Source: an uncultured beta proteobacterium
GTDB lineage: Bacteria > Pseudomonadota > Gammaproteobacteria > Burkholderiales > Burkholderiaceae_F
Direction of reading: 5' to 3'
Length of the DNA stretch: 64,000 nucleotides
NCBI GenBank assembly: GCA_963824935.1
Contig: CAWGRF010000022.1
Location: 15,449 to 79,448, forward strand
The notes below the pieces were generated by a model. The model saw only the letters and a program-made list of their open reading frames with translations, had not been told where the DNA came from and made no database searches. How positions within the stretch are numbered: position 1 is the stretch's first letter; every line of letters begins with the position of its first letter. Made by a program: the position numbers and the translations under genes. Positions 18,840 through 30,467 of the stretch are shown here, piece by piece.

Positions 18840-18863
18840 GCGTCCGACCGGCGAGCCGGACGC
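18840..18863 (+). terminator. possible weak intrinsic terminator/attenuator hairpin
   Basis: 7-bp stem GCGTCCG / CGGACGC with a 10-nt loop, followed by ttgtct. It lies 9 nt after the stop at 18831. The U-tract is poor. Confidence 0.3.
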
Positions 18864-18883
18864 TTGTCTGAAAGGAAAATGTT

Positions 18884-20267
18884 ATGAAGGACGCACGCGG
18901 CCTTCCGGTCTCGACGTCCAGCGCGACAGCGCTGGAACACTTCGAGACCGCGCTGGCGCAGTTTCACAGCTATACCGGCGATCCGATCGCCACGCTGCAG
19001 CAGGCACTGCAAGCCGACCCCGATTTCGCGCTCGCGCATTTATTCAGCGCGCTGGCGATGTATACGGCGACCGAGCAACGCTACTTGCCTGCGGTGCGCG
19101 AGTCGATCGCCAAGGCCGAAGGCGCTCGTGGCGCGCATGAATGCGCGTGAGCGCGGTCTGCTGGCTGCGGCGCAATTTCTGCGCGATGGACAATGGCGCG
19201 ATGCATCGCGCGCGCTCGATTCGGTGCTGATCGAGTACCCGCGCGATGCGCTCGCGATTCAAACCGGGCACCTGATGGACTTCTTTCAGGGCGACGCACT
19301 GAATCTGCGCAACCGGATTTCGCGTGTGTTGCCTCATTGGAACGAGCAGACCCAGGGCTATTCGTACATCCTCGGCATGCATGCCTTCGGCCTCGAAGAG
19401 TGCAATCAGTATGCGGAGGCCGAGCGCACGGCGCGCCGCGCGCTCGAATTGCAACCGCGCGACGGGTGGGCGGTGCATGCGGTGGCCCATGTGATGGAAA
19501 TGCAGGGTCGCAGCTCCGAGGGCATCGAGTGGCTGCAGTCGCGCGAGGCCGACTGGGCACCCGACAACATGTTCGCGCCGCACAACTGGTGGCATCTTGC
19601 CCTGTTCCGCATGGATCTCGGTGAGTTCGATGCCGCGCTGAACCTCTTCGATCAAAAGCTGATGGGACCGCAAGCCGACATGATCCTGGTGCTGATCGAC
19701 GCGACCGCGTTGCTATGGCGCCTGCAGCTCGAAGGCGTGAATGTCGGTGACCGTTTCGAGCGTGTGGCCGATCTGTGGAACGCCAAGCTCGAAGAAGAGG
19801 CGGGCTTCTACGCGTTCAATGATGTGCACGCGTCGATGAGCTTTGCCGCCACCGGGCGCGCGCGCGAGATGGCGCGCTTGCGGCGCGCGATGCACGTCGC
19901 GGAAAAGGCAAGCAACAGCAACGCCGCGATGACGCGCGAAGTGGGACTGCCGCTCGCCGATGGCCTCGACGCCTTTAGTCGGAATCGGTACGCCGAAGCT
20001 ATTGAGTGCATCGAAGCGTTACGCGATATCGCTCACCGCTTTGGTGGCAGCCATGCGCAGCGCGATCTGCTGACCTTGACGTTGATCGAAGCATCGATTC
20101 GCGCCGGCGATCAACAGCGCGCGCGGCACTACATCGCCGAGCGGCAAGTGCACAAACCGACCGCCTGGAGCGAACGGCTGTTGGCGCGCTCGCGCCGCAC
20201 CGAGCGCACACCCATCCGCGCCGTGAGCGATTCACACAGCGCGGACGCGCTGCCGATGGAGGCGTGA
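18884..20267 (+). pseudogene. TPR-containing TTC38-family protein, frameshifted
   Basis: ORF 18884..19150 (MKDARGLPVSTSSATALEHFETALAQFHSY..) continues in ORF 19128..20267 (..ARMNARERGLLAAAQFLRDGQW..HNWWHLALF..). They join at gaaGGcgctcGTG (~19121). Length is 3n+1. Confidence 0.7.
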
Positions 20268-20274
20268 CGTTCTG

Positions 20275-21132
20275 ATGAGCTTGACCGTTCAGGCACACGC
20301 GAAATCCGTGCATCCGCGGGCGCCGGTGTTCCTGTGCTTGCCGGCGATGGGCACGCCGGCAAGCTTCTATCAGCCGTTGGCGGTCAAGCTGGCGCACGCG
20401 GTCGGCGGCTCGGCTGTTGTCGCCGATCTGCGCGGTCAGGGCGAACATCCGGACCGCGCGGCGCGCGGCGCCAATTTTGGCTATCGGGAAATCGTCGCCG
20501 ACATTTGCAGCCTGATAGACGAGCTCACGGTGCAGTTTCCAGCGCGACCGCTGGTGCTGTTGGGTCACAGCCTCGGCGGGCAACTCAGCGTGTTGGCTGC
20601 ACCGAGAATCGCGCGGCGCGTGGCCGGCATCGTCCTGGTTGCTGCCGGCACCGCGCACTGGCGTGCGTGGCCGCGTAGCCACCGCCTGCGTGCATTCCTG
20701 ATCGTGCATGCGATCCGGATCGTGGCGGCGTTGCTGCCGTGGTATCCGGGGCGGCGGCTTGGTTTCGGCGGCGATCAGCCGCGCCGTTTGATGCGCGATT
20801 GGAGTCGTTGTGCGACGACCGGGCGCTACGAGTTGCAGAAAAGCGCGATCGACTACGAAGCCGCGGCGTTCGCCACCCGCATAACTGTGCTCGCGCTGCG
20901 TGTGCGCGCCGATCCGATTGCACCACGGGGCGCTGTCGAGGAATTGCTGGCCCGGCTGGCTAGCGCTTCGATCGTACGGCGCACCGTGCAGGGCGTGCGC
21001 GCGCATTCGCCGTGGCGGCGGCATTTCTCGTGGGCGCGCCAGCCAGATGAAGTCGTCGCCGCGGTGGCAGGTTGGTGGAAGGAGTTGAGTGTGCGGCAGC
21101 GTGTAACCGCGAAGTATCGATCGGCCGCTTGA
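20275..21132 (+). CDS. alpha/beta hydrolase
   Basis: 285 aa with an HSLGG nucleophile elbow. It starts 8 nt after the TTC38-like stop. Confidence 0.75.
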   Translation: MSLTVQAHAKSVHPRAPVFLCLPAMGTPASFYQPLAVKLAHAVGGSAVVADLRGQGEHPDRAARGANFGYREIVADICSLIDELTVQFPARPLVLLGHSLGGQLSVLAAPRIARRVAGIVLVAAGTAHWRAWPRSHRLRAFLIVHAIRIVAALLPWYPGRRLGFGGDQPRRLMRDWSRCATTGRYELQKSAIDYEAAAFATRITVLALRVRADPIAPRGAVEELLARLASASIVRRTVQGVRAHSPWRRHFSWARQPDEVVAAVAGWWKELSVRQRVTAKYRSAA

Positions 21133-21166
21133 GTCTCAGAGCTCGCGAAATCGCCCGGTGTGACCG

Positions 21167-22174
21167 TCAATCGACACGTGCACCGGAAAACTTGACGACC
21201 TTCTCGTACTTGGCAAGTTCGCTACGAACAAGAGCCGCGAATTGCTCGGGCGTTCCGGGCGCTGGGTCTGCGCCCATTCTTGCCAGGCGCTCGCGCATGT
21301 CAGGTGAGCGTAGCGCCGCGCCAAATGCGGAGTTCAGTCGAGTCACGATCTCCGGCGGCGTACCGGCCGGCGCGAACACGCCGAACCAAGTCGAGACATC
21401 GAAGCCAACGAGGCCCGCATCGGCCATCGTCGGCACATCCGGCATTGCACTCGCGCGCTGAGCGGTCGTCACTGCCAGCGCGCGCAGCTTGCCGGCTTTG
21501 ATCTGCGCGGTTGCCGACGCCAGATTGTCGAACATGAAGTCGGTCTGACCTGCCAGCAGTCCGAGCTGGGCCGGTGCGGCGCCGGCGTATGGGATATGGA
21601 CTGCCGAGACGTTTGCTTGCGACTTCATCAGTTCGCCGGCCATGTGCCCGGCGCTGCCGTTGCCGCCCGACGCATAGTTCAGCCGCGCGGGATTCTTGCG
21701 CGCATAGTCGATCAGCTCGCTGGCGGTGCGAATGCCCAGCTTATCGGCGCGCTCCGGCGCCATCACCAGCACATTGGGCACGTGCGCAATCAGCGTAATC
21801 GGCGCGAAGTCCTTGACCGGGTCATACGGCAGTTTCGAGAATAACCACGGGTTGACCGCGTGCGTCGCGACTGCACCAATCACCAGCGAGTAGCCATCGG
21901 GCGGCGACTTCGCAACGTGATCGACGCCGAGGTTGCCGCCGGCGCCGGGACGATTCTCGACGACGATGATGCCGAGCGTGTCCTTCACGCGCTCCGCCAG
22001 TGCGCGCGCGGCGGTGTCGAGCGGCCCGCCCGGCGGATACGGCACGACCAGACGAATCGGCTTGTTCGGATAGGCAGATTGAGCTTCGGCCAACTGCGTC
22101 CAGCTCGATGCAACGCTCGCTGTTACCAGCGTTGCGCTGAGGAGATACAGTGCGCGACGTCGATTCACAATCAT
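21167..22174 (-). CDS. Bug/TctC-family periplasmic solute-binding protein (intact)
   Basis: ATG 22174 with AGGAGAGA RBS gives MIVNRRRALYLLSATLVTASVASSWTQLAEAQ, then [19 protein letters not shown]; 335 aa. The longer ORF reaching 22411 is an unlikely extension. Confidence 0.9.
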   Translation of the reverse strand: MIVNRRRALYLLSATLVTASVASSWTQLAEAQSAYPNKPIRLVVPYPPGGPLDTAARALAERVKDTLGIIVVENRPGAGGNLGVDHVAKSPPDGYSLVIGAVATHAVNPWLFSKLPYDPVKDFAPITLIAHVPNVLVMAPERADKLGIRTASELIDYARKNPARLNYASGGNGSAGHMAGELMKSQANVSAVHIPYAGAAPAQLGLLAGQTDFMFDNLASATAQIKAGKLRALAVTTAQRASAMPDVPTMADAGLVGFDVSTWFGVFAPAGTPPEIVTRLNSAFGAALRSPDMRERLARMGADPAPGTPEQFAALVRSELAKYEKVVKFSGARVD

Positions 22175-22225
22175 TCTCTCCTGATAACCAGACTCGCTAG
22201 TATCGCTGATCGCCATCGATTCGCC

Positions 22226-22810
22226 GTGCCCCCAACACTCGCCACCGCCCGCTTGACGATCGAGCACGTCACGGTCAATCACGCGCCGTTGCTCGTCGAG
22301 TTTTTTCGTCGCAACGAAGCGCATCTGGCGCGCTGGGACCCACCGCGCCCGGCAGGTGTACACAGCGCAGAGTTCTGGGAAGCTGAATGCGAACGCGCCG
22401 TGGACGAACACAACAATGGGCTGGTCGCGCGCTGGGTTCTGTTCTTGCGTGCAGACGACTCGCAGGTCATCGGTCGAATCAATTACACGCAGATTGCGCG
22501 CGGGCCGTTCCAGTCGTGCGTGCTTGGCTACGCAATCGATGCCGCGTTCGAGCGTCGCGGGTTGATGCAGGAAGCGCTAGGCGCGACGATCGCGCATATG
22601 TTCGATGCAATGCGTTTGCATCGCATTCAGGCGAGCTATATGCCGGAGAACAGGCGTAGTGGTCGTTTGCTGCAAAAACTCGGCTTTCGGCGCGAAGGGG
22701 TGGCGCCGCAGTATCTTTACATCGATGGCGCCTGGCGCGACCATGTGATCACCGCCTTGCTTAACAGGCGTTTCGACGACAACATTTTCAAGCGCTCGGA
22801 CGCTCGCTAA
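22226..22810 (+). CDS. GNAT N-acetyltransferase (RimJ/RimL-like)
   Basis: GTG 22226 gives VPPTLATARLTIEHV. The acetyl-CoA region is LGYAIDAAFERRGLMQEA; 194 aa. The upstream part of the 316-aa ORF is antisense to the Bug gene. Confidence 0.8.
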   Translation: MPPTLATARLTIEHVTVNHAPLLVEFFRRNEAHLARWDPPRPAGVHSAEFWEAECERAVDEHNNGLVARWVLFLRADDSQVIGRINYTQIARGPFQSCVLGYAIDAAFERRGLMQEALGATIAHMFDAMRLHRIQASYMPENRRSGRLLQKLGFRREGVAPQYLYIDGAWRDHVITALLNRRFDDNIFKRSDAR

Positions 22811-23075
22811 ACGGCTCGTCGACATCGACCGCTTGCGCAGCACTCGCGGGGCGAATCTGAGCGTCACGCACCTGAGCTGCCGGGGGTCCGCGCCTCGCCC
22901 ATTGCGCTAGACGCTGCAGCGCTGTTGCGTCGCCGACCGCGACTGCTTCGACGCTGCCATCGAAGCAATTGCGCACCCAACCCGCAAGGCGCAGTCGGCG
23001 CGCCTCGATGCACATCGCGTAGCGAAACCCAACGCCCTGCACACGACCCGTGATCTTGAAGTGCAGTCCGGGCAT
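22788..23075 (-). CDS. acyP: acylphosphatase
   Basis: 95 aa with ITGRVQGVGFRY and GWVRN motifs. Confidence 0.85.
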   Translation of the reverse strand: MPGLHFKITGRVQGVGFRYAMCIEARRLRLAGWVRNCFDGSVEAVAVGDATALQRLAQWARRGPPAAQVRDAQIRPASAAQAVDVDEPFSERPSA

Positions 23076-23086
23076 AGGCCGGGCCC

Positions 23087-24307
23087 TCAGACGACTCCGC
23101 GTGACTTCAGCTTGCTCAGCTGATCTTCTTCGACACCGGCGTACTTGCGCAGCACGCTGGCCGTGTGCTCACCCAGCAGTGGTGGCGGCAGCTCATACGC
23201 CGGCGGTGTGGCCGATAGCTTGATCGGGTTGGCCACCATCGGCACGTGGCCGGCGAGCGCATGCGCAAGATCGATTCGCAAACCGCGCGCGGCGACTTGC
23301 GGATCTGCGAGAGCGTGCGCGATATCGTTGATCGGCCCGCACGGCACGCCTGCCGCATCGAGCCGTTCAACCCAGAACGCCACCGGTCTGGCGCGCAGGA
23401 CGCCTTCCAGTTCGCCGATCAATACCTCGCGATTGCGCACGCGATCTGCGTTGCGCCGGTAGCGCACATCACTTGCGAGGTGCGGCGTGCCGGCCACTTC
23501 GCAAAACTTAACGAACTGCGAATCGTTTCCGACCGCTAAGACTACGTGCCCGTCGGAGGCCGCAAAGACCTGGTACGGAACGATGTTTGGATGGGCGTTG
23601 CCAGCGCGGCCCGGCGCCTTGCCAGACGTCAGGTAATTCATGTTCATGTTGGCGAGCATTGCGAGCATCACGTCGTACAGCGCCATGTCGATGTATTGAC
23701 CTGTGCCGGTACGCTCGCGGTGCGTGACCGCGGCAAGTATTGCGACTGCCGAGTACATTCCGGTCATCAAGTCGGACACGGCGACACCGGCTTTCTGCGG
23801 ACCTCCACCGGGGCGATCGTCGCGCTCGCCTGTGATCGACATGAAGCCACCGATGCCTTGCATGATGAAGTCGTAACCAGCGCGATTGCGATGCGGCCCG
23901 GTCTGACCGAAGCCGGTGATCGAGCAATAGATCAGGTTCGGCTTGATCGCGACGAGCGACGCATAGTCGAGTCTGTACTTCGCGAGCTGCCCGAACATGT
24001 AGTTTTCGACAACGATGTCGCAGTGCTCGGCCAACTTGTGCACCAGCGACTGACCCTCTGCCGTCGAGATATCGATCGTGACCGAGTGTTTGCCGCGATT
24101 GGCCGACAAGTAGTAAGCCGCTTCCGAAGTTTCAACGCCCGCTGCGTCCCTTAGGTACGGCGGCCCCCAGTGTCGCGTGTCGTCGCCGCTGCCAGGCCGC
24201 TCGATCTTGATCACCTCGGCGCCGAGGTCGGCAAGAAGCTGCGTGCACCACGGACCGGCGAGCACGCGCGTTAGATCGAGTACACGCAAATGGCCAAGGG
24301 ACTTCAT
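23087..24307 (-). CDS. CaiB/BaiF family III CoA-transferase
   Basis: 406 aa. It has LRVLDLTRVLAGPWCTQLLADLGAEVIKIE and the catalytic-Asp region GVAVSDLMTG. Confidence 0.9.
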   Translation of the reverse strand: MKSLGHLRVLDLTRVLAGPWCTQLLADLGAEVIKIERPGSGDDTRHWGPPYLRDAAGVETSEAAYYLSANRGKHSVTIDISTAEGQSLVHKLAEHCDIVVENYMFGQLAKYRLDYASLVAIKPNLIYCSITGFGQTGPHRNRAGYDFIMQGIGGFMSITGERDDRPGGGPQKAGVAVSDLMTGMYSAVAILAAVTHRERTGTGQYIDMALYDVMLAMLANMNMNYLTSGKAPGRAGNAHPNIVPYQVFAASDGHVVLAVGNDSQFVKFCEVAGTPHLASDVRYRRNADRVRNREVLIGELEGVLRARPVAFWVERLDAAGVPCGPINDIAHALADPQVAARGLRIDLAHALAGHVPMVANPIKLSATPPAYELPPPLLGEHTASVLRKYAGVEEDQLSKLKSRGVV

Positions 24308-24321
24308 GGTGATCGGTGATC
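24308..24321. repeat. GGTGATCGGTGATC (tandem heptamer); perfect inverted partner at 25704..25717
   Basis: Seen directly, followed by the related AGTGGTCAATGGTCA. It lies in the divergent region between the CoA-transferase and DUF4442 genes. Confidence 0.7.
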
Positions 24322-24357
24322 AGTGGTCAATGGTCAGAGAATGCCTACACTTTGCGG

Positions 24358-24840
24358 ATGGTACGGAAGGTTTCGGCATGGACGCTGCGCACGCTGATGA
24401 ACGTGTGGCCGCCGTTTGTCGGCGCTGGAATTCACGTCAGGCACATTGCGCCGGACTTCCGCAGTGTCACCGTCGAAATGAAGTTGCGTTGGACCAATCG
24501 TAATTACGTCGGTACGCATTTTGGCGGGTCGCTCTACTCGATGACCGATCCGTTTCTGATGGTGATGCTTCTGCATACCCTTGGTGGACAGTACCGCGTG
24601 TGGGATAAATCGGGTTCGATCGAATACATCGCACCAGGGCGCGGGCGGGTGTGGGCGCGCTTCGAGTTGCACGACAGCGACCTGACCTTGATTCGACGCA
24701 TGACCGAGGCTGGTGACAAGCATCTGCATTTGTTCAGCATCGACATCAAGGATGACGAAGGCATGGTGGTCGCACGAGTGGAAAAGATCATCTACATCAG
24801 ACGTAAGCGCGAGGTCGCGCTAAGTGGAGATCCAGCATGA
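24358..24840 (+). CDS. DUF4442 (hot-dog/thioesterase-fold) protein
   Basis: It carries NVWPPFVGAGIHV and NYVGTHFGGSLYSMTDPF. ATG 24358 is preferred over GTG 24316. Confidence 0.7.
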   Translation: MVRKVSAWTLRTLMNVWPPFVGAGIHVRHIAPDFRSVTVEMKLRWTNRNYVGTHFGGSLYSMTDPFLMVMLLHTLGGQYRVWDKSGSIEYIAPGRGRVWARFELHDSDLTLIRRMTEAGDKHLHLFSIDIKDDEGMVVARVEKIIYIRRKREVALSGDPA

Positions 24841-25701
24841 GCCCAAAGAATGGCGCGCTTCCACTTGGCGCGATAGCGCGCAGCGCCGACGATGCGGCTC
24901 CGGTTGCTGTCGCGTGGCCTTACGCCAGAGTGGTCGCGCATCGCGGCGGCGGCACTCTGGCCCCCGAAAACACGATCGCGGCGATCAAGTTGGGGTTTGA
25001 CCGTGGATACCGCGCGATCGAGCTCGACGCGATGCTGGCGGCCGACGATGTGCCTGTGTTGATGCACGACAAGACTCTTGAGCGTACGGGGTTGATGCGC
25101 GGGGCAGTCAACGAACGCCGTGCAGCGGAGCTTGAGCGCATCGATGTCGGAACCTGGCACTCTGCACGCTTTGCCGGTGAAACGGTGCCGACGCTCGAAC
25201 GAACGCTCCGCTTCTGCCGCGACAATCGGATCTGGGCGAACATCGAGATCAAGTCTGCACCGGGATACGAACGCGTCACCGGCGATGCGGTTGCGCGCAC
25301 GACGGCGCTCGTCTATGCCGACCTGATCCGTCCCGGCGGTGACCGCGCCGACCAGGTCGATCCAGCGGGTTCCGTTGCTGTCCTCGTTTTCGCGCGCCGC
25401 GCTGGCTGCCGCGCGCGAGGCCGCGCCTGACCTGCCGCGCGGCTGGCTGGTACAGCGTGTGCCTCCGACCTGGCGCGCCGAGCTAGCGCGCCTCGGCTGC
25501 GTCTCGCTGCATACGAATCATCGGTACCTGACCGCCCGACTGACGCGCAAGATCAAGCAGCACGGCGCCTGGCTGTTCTGCTACACGGTGAATTCGCCGC
25601 AGCGCGCGCGCACGATTCTCGGCTGGGGCGTCGATGCCTTTTGCACCGACGCGATAGACCTGATTGCTGCGGATTTCGCGATGTTAGTCGCGGGTGACTA
25701 A
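24837..25701 (+). pseudogene. ugpQ: glycerophosphodiester phosphodiesterase, frameshifted
   Basis: ATG 24837 overlaps the upstream stop (ATGA). VVAHRGGGTLAPENT and ELDAMLAADDVPVLMHD are in ORF 24837..25430. The C-terminal VPLLSSFSRAALAAAREAAPDLPRGWLV..FCYTVN..GVDAFCTD is in ORF 25339..25701. The shift is at ~25355-25370. Length is 3n+1. Confidence 0.8.
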
Positions 25702-25703
25702 CC

Positions 25704-25717
25704 GATCACCGATCACC
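25704..25717. repeat. GATCACCGATCACC, inverted partner of 24308..24321
   Basis: Exact reverse complement of the 24308 14-mer. It lies between the convergent ugpQ and GST stops. Confidence 0.7.
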
Positions 25718-25719
25718 GG

Positions 25720-26343
25720 CTAACCCGGCGGCCGCGTATCGACAAACGACGGTCGCGCGGCGAGCTTTTCATAGTGTCGCGCCAGATTGGGATGCGTGTT
25801 GCGCCATCCAATCTGTTTGAACCGAAAATCCAGATAGCCGAGCGCGCATCCGACGGCGATATCGGCCAGCGAGTACGCATTGCCGTTGCACCAAGGCTTG
25901 TCGGCCAGGCCGTGGCCCATGGATGCAACGCCGGCGTTCACCTTGTCCATCTGCCGATCGATCCACTTCTGGCTCTGCAGTTCCGCCGGACGCTGCGTCT
26001 GTTCCAGACGGGCCAGGATCGCGGCGTCCATTACGCCGTCGGCCAACGCCTCCCATGTCCGGACCTCGGCGCGTTCGCGGCCATTCGGTGGAATCAGTTT
26101 CGCCACCGGAGTCAAGGTATCCAGGTATTCGACGATTACACGCGAGTCAAACAGCGCACCGCCGTCTTCCATGATCAGGCAGGGCACCTTGCCGAGCGGG
26201 TTGGCGTCATGGATACGCGTGTCGGGCGACCACACGTCTTCCAGTTCCAGCTGGTACTCGAGGCGTTTTTCCGCCATCACGATGCGCACCTTGCGCACGT
26301 ACGGGCTGGCAAGCGAAGCGATCAGGCGGATGTTCTTGGACAC
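25720..26343 (-). CDS. glutathione S-transferase
   Basis: GTG 26343 gives VSKNIRLIASLASPYVRKVRIVM (thioredoxin-like N-domain), followed by a C-terminal alpha domain; 207 aa. The longer ORF reaching 26448 has no family-typical sequence. Confidence 0.8.
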   Translation of the reverse strand: MSKNIRLIASLASPYVRKVRIVMAEKRLEYQLELEDVWSPDTRIHDANPLGKVPCLIMEDGGALFDSRVIVEYLDTLTPVAKLIPPNGRERAEVRTWEALADGVMDAAILARLEQTQRPAELQSQKWIDRQMDKVNAGVASMGHGLADKPWCNGNAYSLADIAVGCALGYLDFRFKQIGWRNTHPNLARHYEKLAARPSFVDTRPPG

Positions 26344-26473
26344 GGCGCGCAACAGGGCAGTCGGAGAATCAGTATATCGACGGCGCGACGCTCGGCAATA
26401 CCAATGCACCGGTTGGCAGAGGAACGATGCGCCTTTGATACACTGCATCGCCTTGAAAGTTATACACGCCTAG

Positions 26474-27886
<1,413 letters not shown>

Positions 27887-28024
27887 CGTGTCACGCGTCG
27901 GCTATGCTTCCCGCGGCAGCGAGGGTCACGCCTCCGACGTTGCTTTGTCGGCGAAGCACACGCTCGGCCCGTAAGGTCTAATCGGGCTTGTGGCGACAGC
28001 TTCAATGTTGTTGCCGTGCATGCC

Positions 28025-28951
28025 ATGTCTTCGATCATTTCCATCGCCAACCTGACCAAGACCTATGCGTCGGGTCTGCAAGCGCTAAAGCCCACCGATC
28101 TTCAGATCAGCAAGGGCGAAATCTTCGCACTGCTGGGCCCAAACGGCGCAGGCAAGACGACCCTGATCAGTATCGTTTGCGGCATCGTCACTCCAAGCAC
28201 GGGAACAGTGACGGTTGATGGCCACGACATCGTCCGCGATTACCGCGCAACGCGCTCGAAGATCGGCCTGGTGCCACAGGAGCTGACCACCGACGCTTTC
28301 GAAACGCCGTGGGCCACTGTCAGCTTTAGTCGAGGGCTGTTCGGGCACGCGCCGAATCCTGCGTATATCGAAAAGGTGCTGCGCGACTTGTCTCTATGGG
28401 ACAAGCGCAAGGACAAGATCATGACCTTGTCGGGCGGCATGAAGCGGCGAGTGATGATCGCGAAAGCTTTGTCGCACGAGCCCGAGATCTTGTTTCTCGA
28501 CGAGCCGACCGCCGGCGTCGATGTCGAGCTGCGCCGTGATATGTGGGCGCTGGTACGGAGAATGCGCGACAGCGGCGTGACGATCATTCTGACCACGCAC
28601 TACATCGACGAGGCCGAAGAAATGGCCGACCGGATCGGCGTCATCAACAAGGGTGAGCTGATCGTGGTCGAAGAAAAGAACGAGCTGATGAAGAAGCTCG
28701 GCAAGAAGCAACTCACGCTTGTTCTGCAAGAGCCGATGGCGGCACTACCGGCCGCGCTCGCCGACCGCGGCGTCGTGCTGAAAGCCGACGGCCACGAGTT
28801 GGAGTACACGTTCGACACGCATGAAGAAAGGACCGGTATCCCATCGCTGCTGCAACGGATGAGCGACCTCGGGATCGCGTTCAAAGACCTGAACACGCGC
28901 GAAAGCTCTCTGGAAGATATTTTCGTCAGCCTCGTGAGTGATCGAAGGTAG
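28025..28951 (+). CDS. ABC transporter ATP-binding protein (ABC-2 exporter, YadG-like)
   Basis: Walker [10 protein letters not shown], signature LSGGMKRR and Walker [13 protein letters not shown]. Start is ATG 28025; GTG 28016 is possible. Confidence 0.9.
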   Translation: MSSIISIANLTKTYASGLQALKPTDLQISKGEIFALLGPNGAGKTTLISIVCGIVTPSTGTVTVDGHDIVRDYRATRSKIGLVPQELTTDAFETPWATVSFSRGLFGHAPNPAYIEKVLRDLSLWDKRKDKIMTLSGGMKRRVMIAKALSHEPEILFLDEPTAGVDVELRRDMWALVRRMRDSGVTIILTTHYIDEAEEMADRIGVINKGELIVVEEKNELMKKLGKKQLTLVLQEPMAALPAALADRGVVLKADGHELEYTFDTHEERTGIPSLLQRMSDLGIAFKDLNTRESSLEDIFVSLVSDRR

Positions 28952-28958
28952 ATCAGCA

Positions 28959-29735
28959 ATGGACGCAACTGCATTTAATCAGCATGGCGTCTGGGCCATT
29001 TACAAGTTTGAAATGGCACGCGCGCTGCGCACGCTGTGGCAAAGCCTGGCAGCGCCGGTCATCACCACTTCGCTGTACTTCGTCGTCTTCGGTGCCGCGA
29101 TCGGTTCGCGCATCGCCGAGGTAGATGGCGTCGCCTATGGCGGGTTTATCGTGCCGGGGCTCATCATGCTGGCGCTGTTCACCGTGAGTATCTCCAACGC
29201 TTCCTTCGGCATTTATTTCCCGAAATTCACCGGCACCATTTACGAGTTGCTGTCGGCACCGATCTCCCATGTGGAGATCGTGATTGCCTACGTGGGCGCC
29301 GCGGCCACCAAGTCGATCGTCCTCGGCTTGATCATCCTAGCCACCGCCGCTCTGTTCGTACCGATCCAGATTCTGCATCCAGTCTGGATGATCGGCTTCC
29401 TGGTGCTGACGGCTACCAGCTTCAGCCTGTTCGGCTTCATCATCGGCATCTGGGCCAAGGGCTTCGAGCAACTGCAGTTCGTTCCAATGCTGGTGATAAC
29501 GCCGCTGACGTTTCTGGGCGGGGCGTTCTATTCGATCGACATGCTGCCGCCGACGTGGCGCACGGTGACCTTGTTCAATCCGGTCGTCTACTTAATCAGC
29601 GGCTTTCGGTGGAGTTTTTACGGCAGTTCGGATGTCGGCGTCGAGCTGAGCCTCGCGATGACATTGGGGTTCTTTGTGATCTGTCTGGCGATCGTCGGTT
29701 GGATCTTCAAGACCGGATATCGGTTGAAGAACTAG
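28959..29735 (+). CDS. ABC-2 type transporter permease (YadH-like)
   Basis: ATG 28959 (GAAGG RBS), 258 aa with six hydrophobic segments. It starts 7 nt after the ATPase stop. Confidence 0.85.
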   Translation: MDATAFNQHGVWAIYKFEMARALRTLWQSLAAPVITTSLYFVVFGAAIGSRIAEVDGVAYGGFIVPGLIMLALFTVSISNASFGIYFPKFTGTIYELLSAPISHVEIVIAYVGAAATKSIVLGLIILATAALFVPIQILHPVWMIGFLVLTATSFSLFGFIIGIWAKGFEQLQFVPMLVITPLTFLGGAFYSIDMLPPTWRTVTLFNPVVYLISGFRWSFYGSSDVGVELSLAMTLGFFVICLAIVGWIFKTGYRLKN

Positions 29736-29779
29736 GTGCGATTGTTGCTCCGCGTAATCGCCATTGCGACAGACGCGCC

Positions 29780-30364
29780 ATGACATTGCCGGCAATCGAG
29801 ACCGCGACCGCATCCGATGAAGCTTCCGTCATCGACCTGATCGTGCTGGCGTTCAGTGCGGACCCTGCGGCTCGTTGGACGTGGAGTGATCCGCAGCAGT
29901 ACCTGACGCATTTTCGTCACTTCGCCCGGGCGTTCGGCGGCAAGTCGTTCACGCATGGAAGCGCATACACCATTGACGGCTACGCGGGTGCCGCACTGTG
30001 GCTTCCGCCGAATGTCGAGCCTGATCAAGACGCATTGATCGGCCTGCTGCAAACTACGGCGTCCGAGCAAAGTCAACGGCACGCCTTTGAAGTGTTCGAC
30101 CAGATGGGTCGCTATCACCCGAGCGAGCCGCATTGGTATTTGCCACTGATGGGTGTCGATCCGTTTCACCAGGGCAAAGGACTGGGCTCGGCGTTGATGA
30201 AACATGCACTGATCCCCTGCGATCGCGATAGGACGCTCGCTTATCTAGAATCGACCAACCCGAAAAATATTCCCCTGTATCAAAGACACGGGTTTGAGTT
30301 GCTCGGAACGATTCAGGTGAAAAGCTCGCCGCCACTGTTTCCAATGCTGCGCAAGCCGCGCTGA
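29780..30364 (+). CDS. GNAT family N-acetyltransferase
   Basis: ATG 29780, 194 aa, with core MGVDPFHQGKGLGSALMKHAL and PLYQRHGFE. The upstream part of the 442-aa ORF is an alternative frame of the permease gene. Confidence 0.75.
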   Translation: MTLPAIETATASDEASVIDLIVLAFSADPAARWTWSDPQQYLTHFRHFARAFGGKSFTHGSAYTIDGYAGAALWLPPNVEPDQDALIGLLQTTASEQSQRHAFEVFDQMGRYHPSEPHWYLPLMGVDPFHQGKGLGSALMKHALIPCDRDRTLAYLESTNPKNIPLYQRHGFELLGTIQVKSSPPLFPMLRKPR

Positions 30365-30467
30365 CAAGATGTGCTCGATTGAATTCAAGAGCAAGACTCG
30401 GAGTGCCCGACCTGCCGTTGATAGCTAGAGTGCGTCCATCGATCAACGCGTGTCGAAGGGATGCGAG

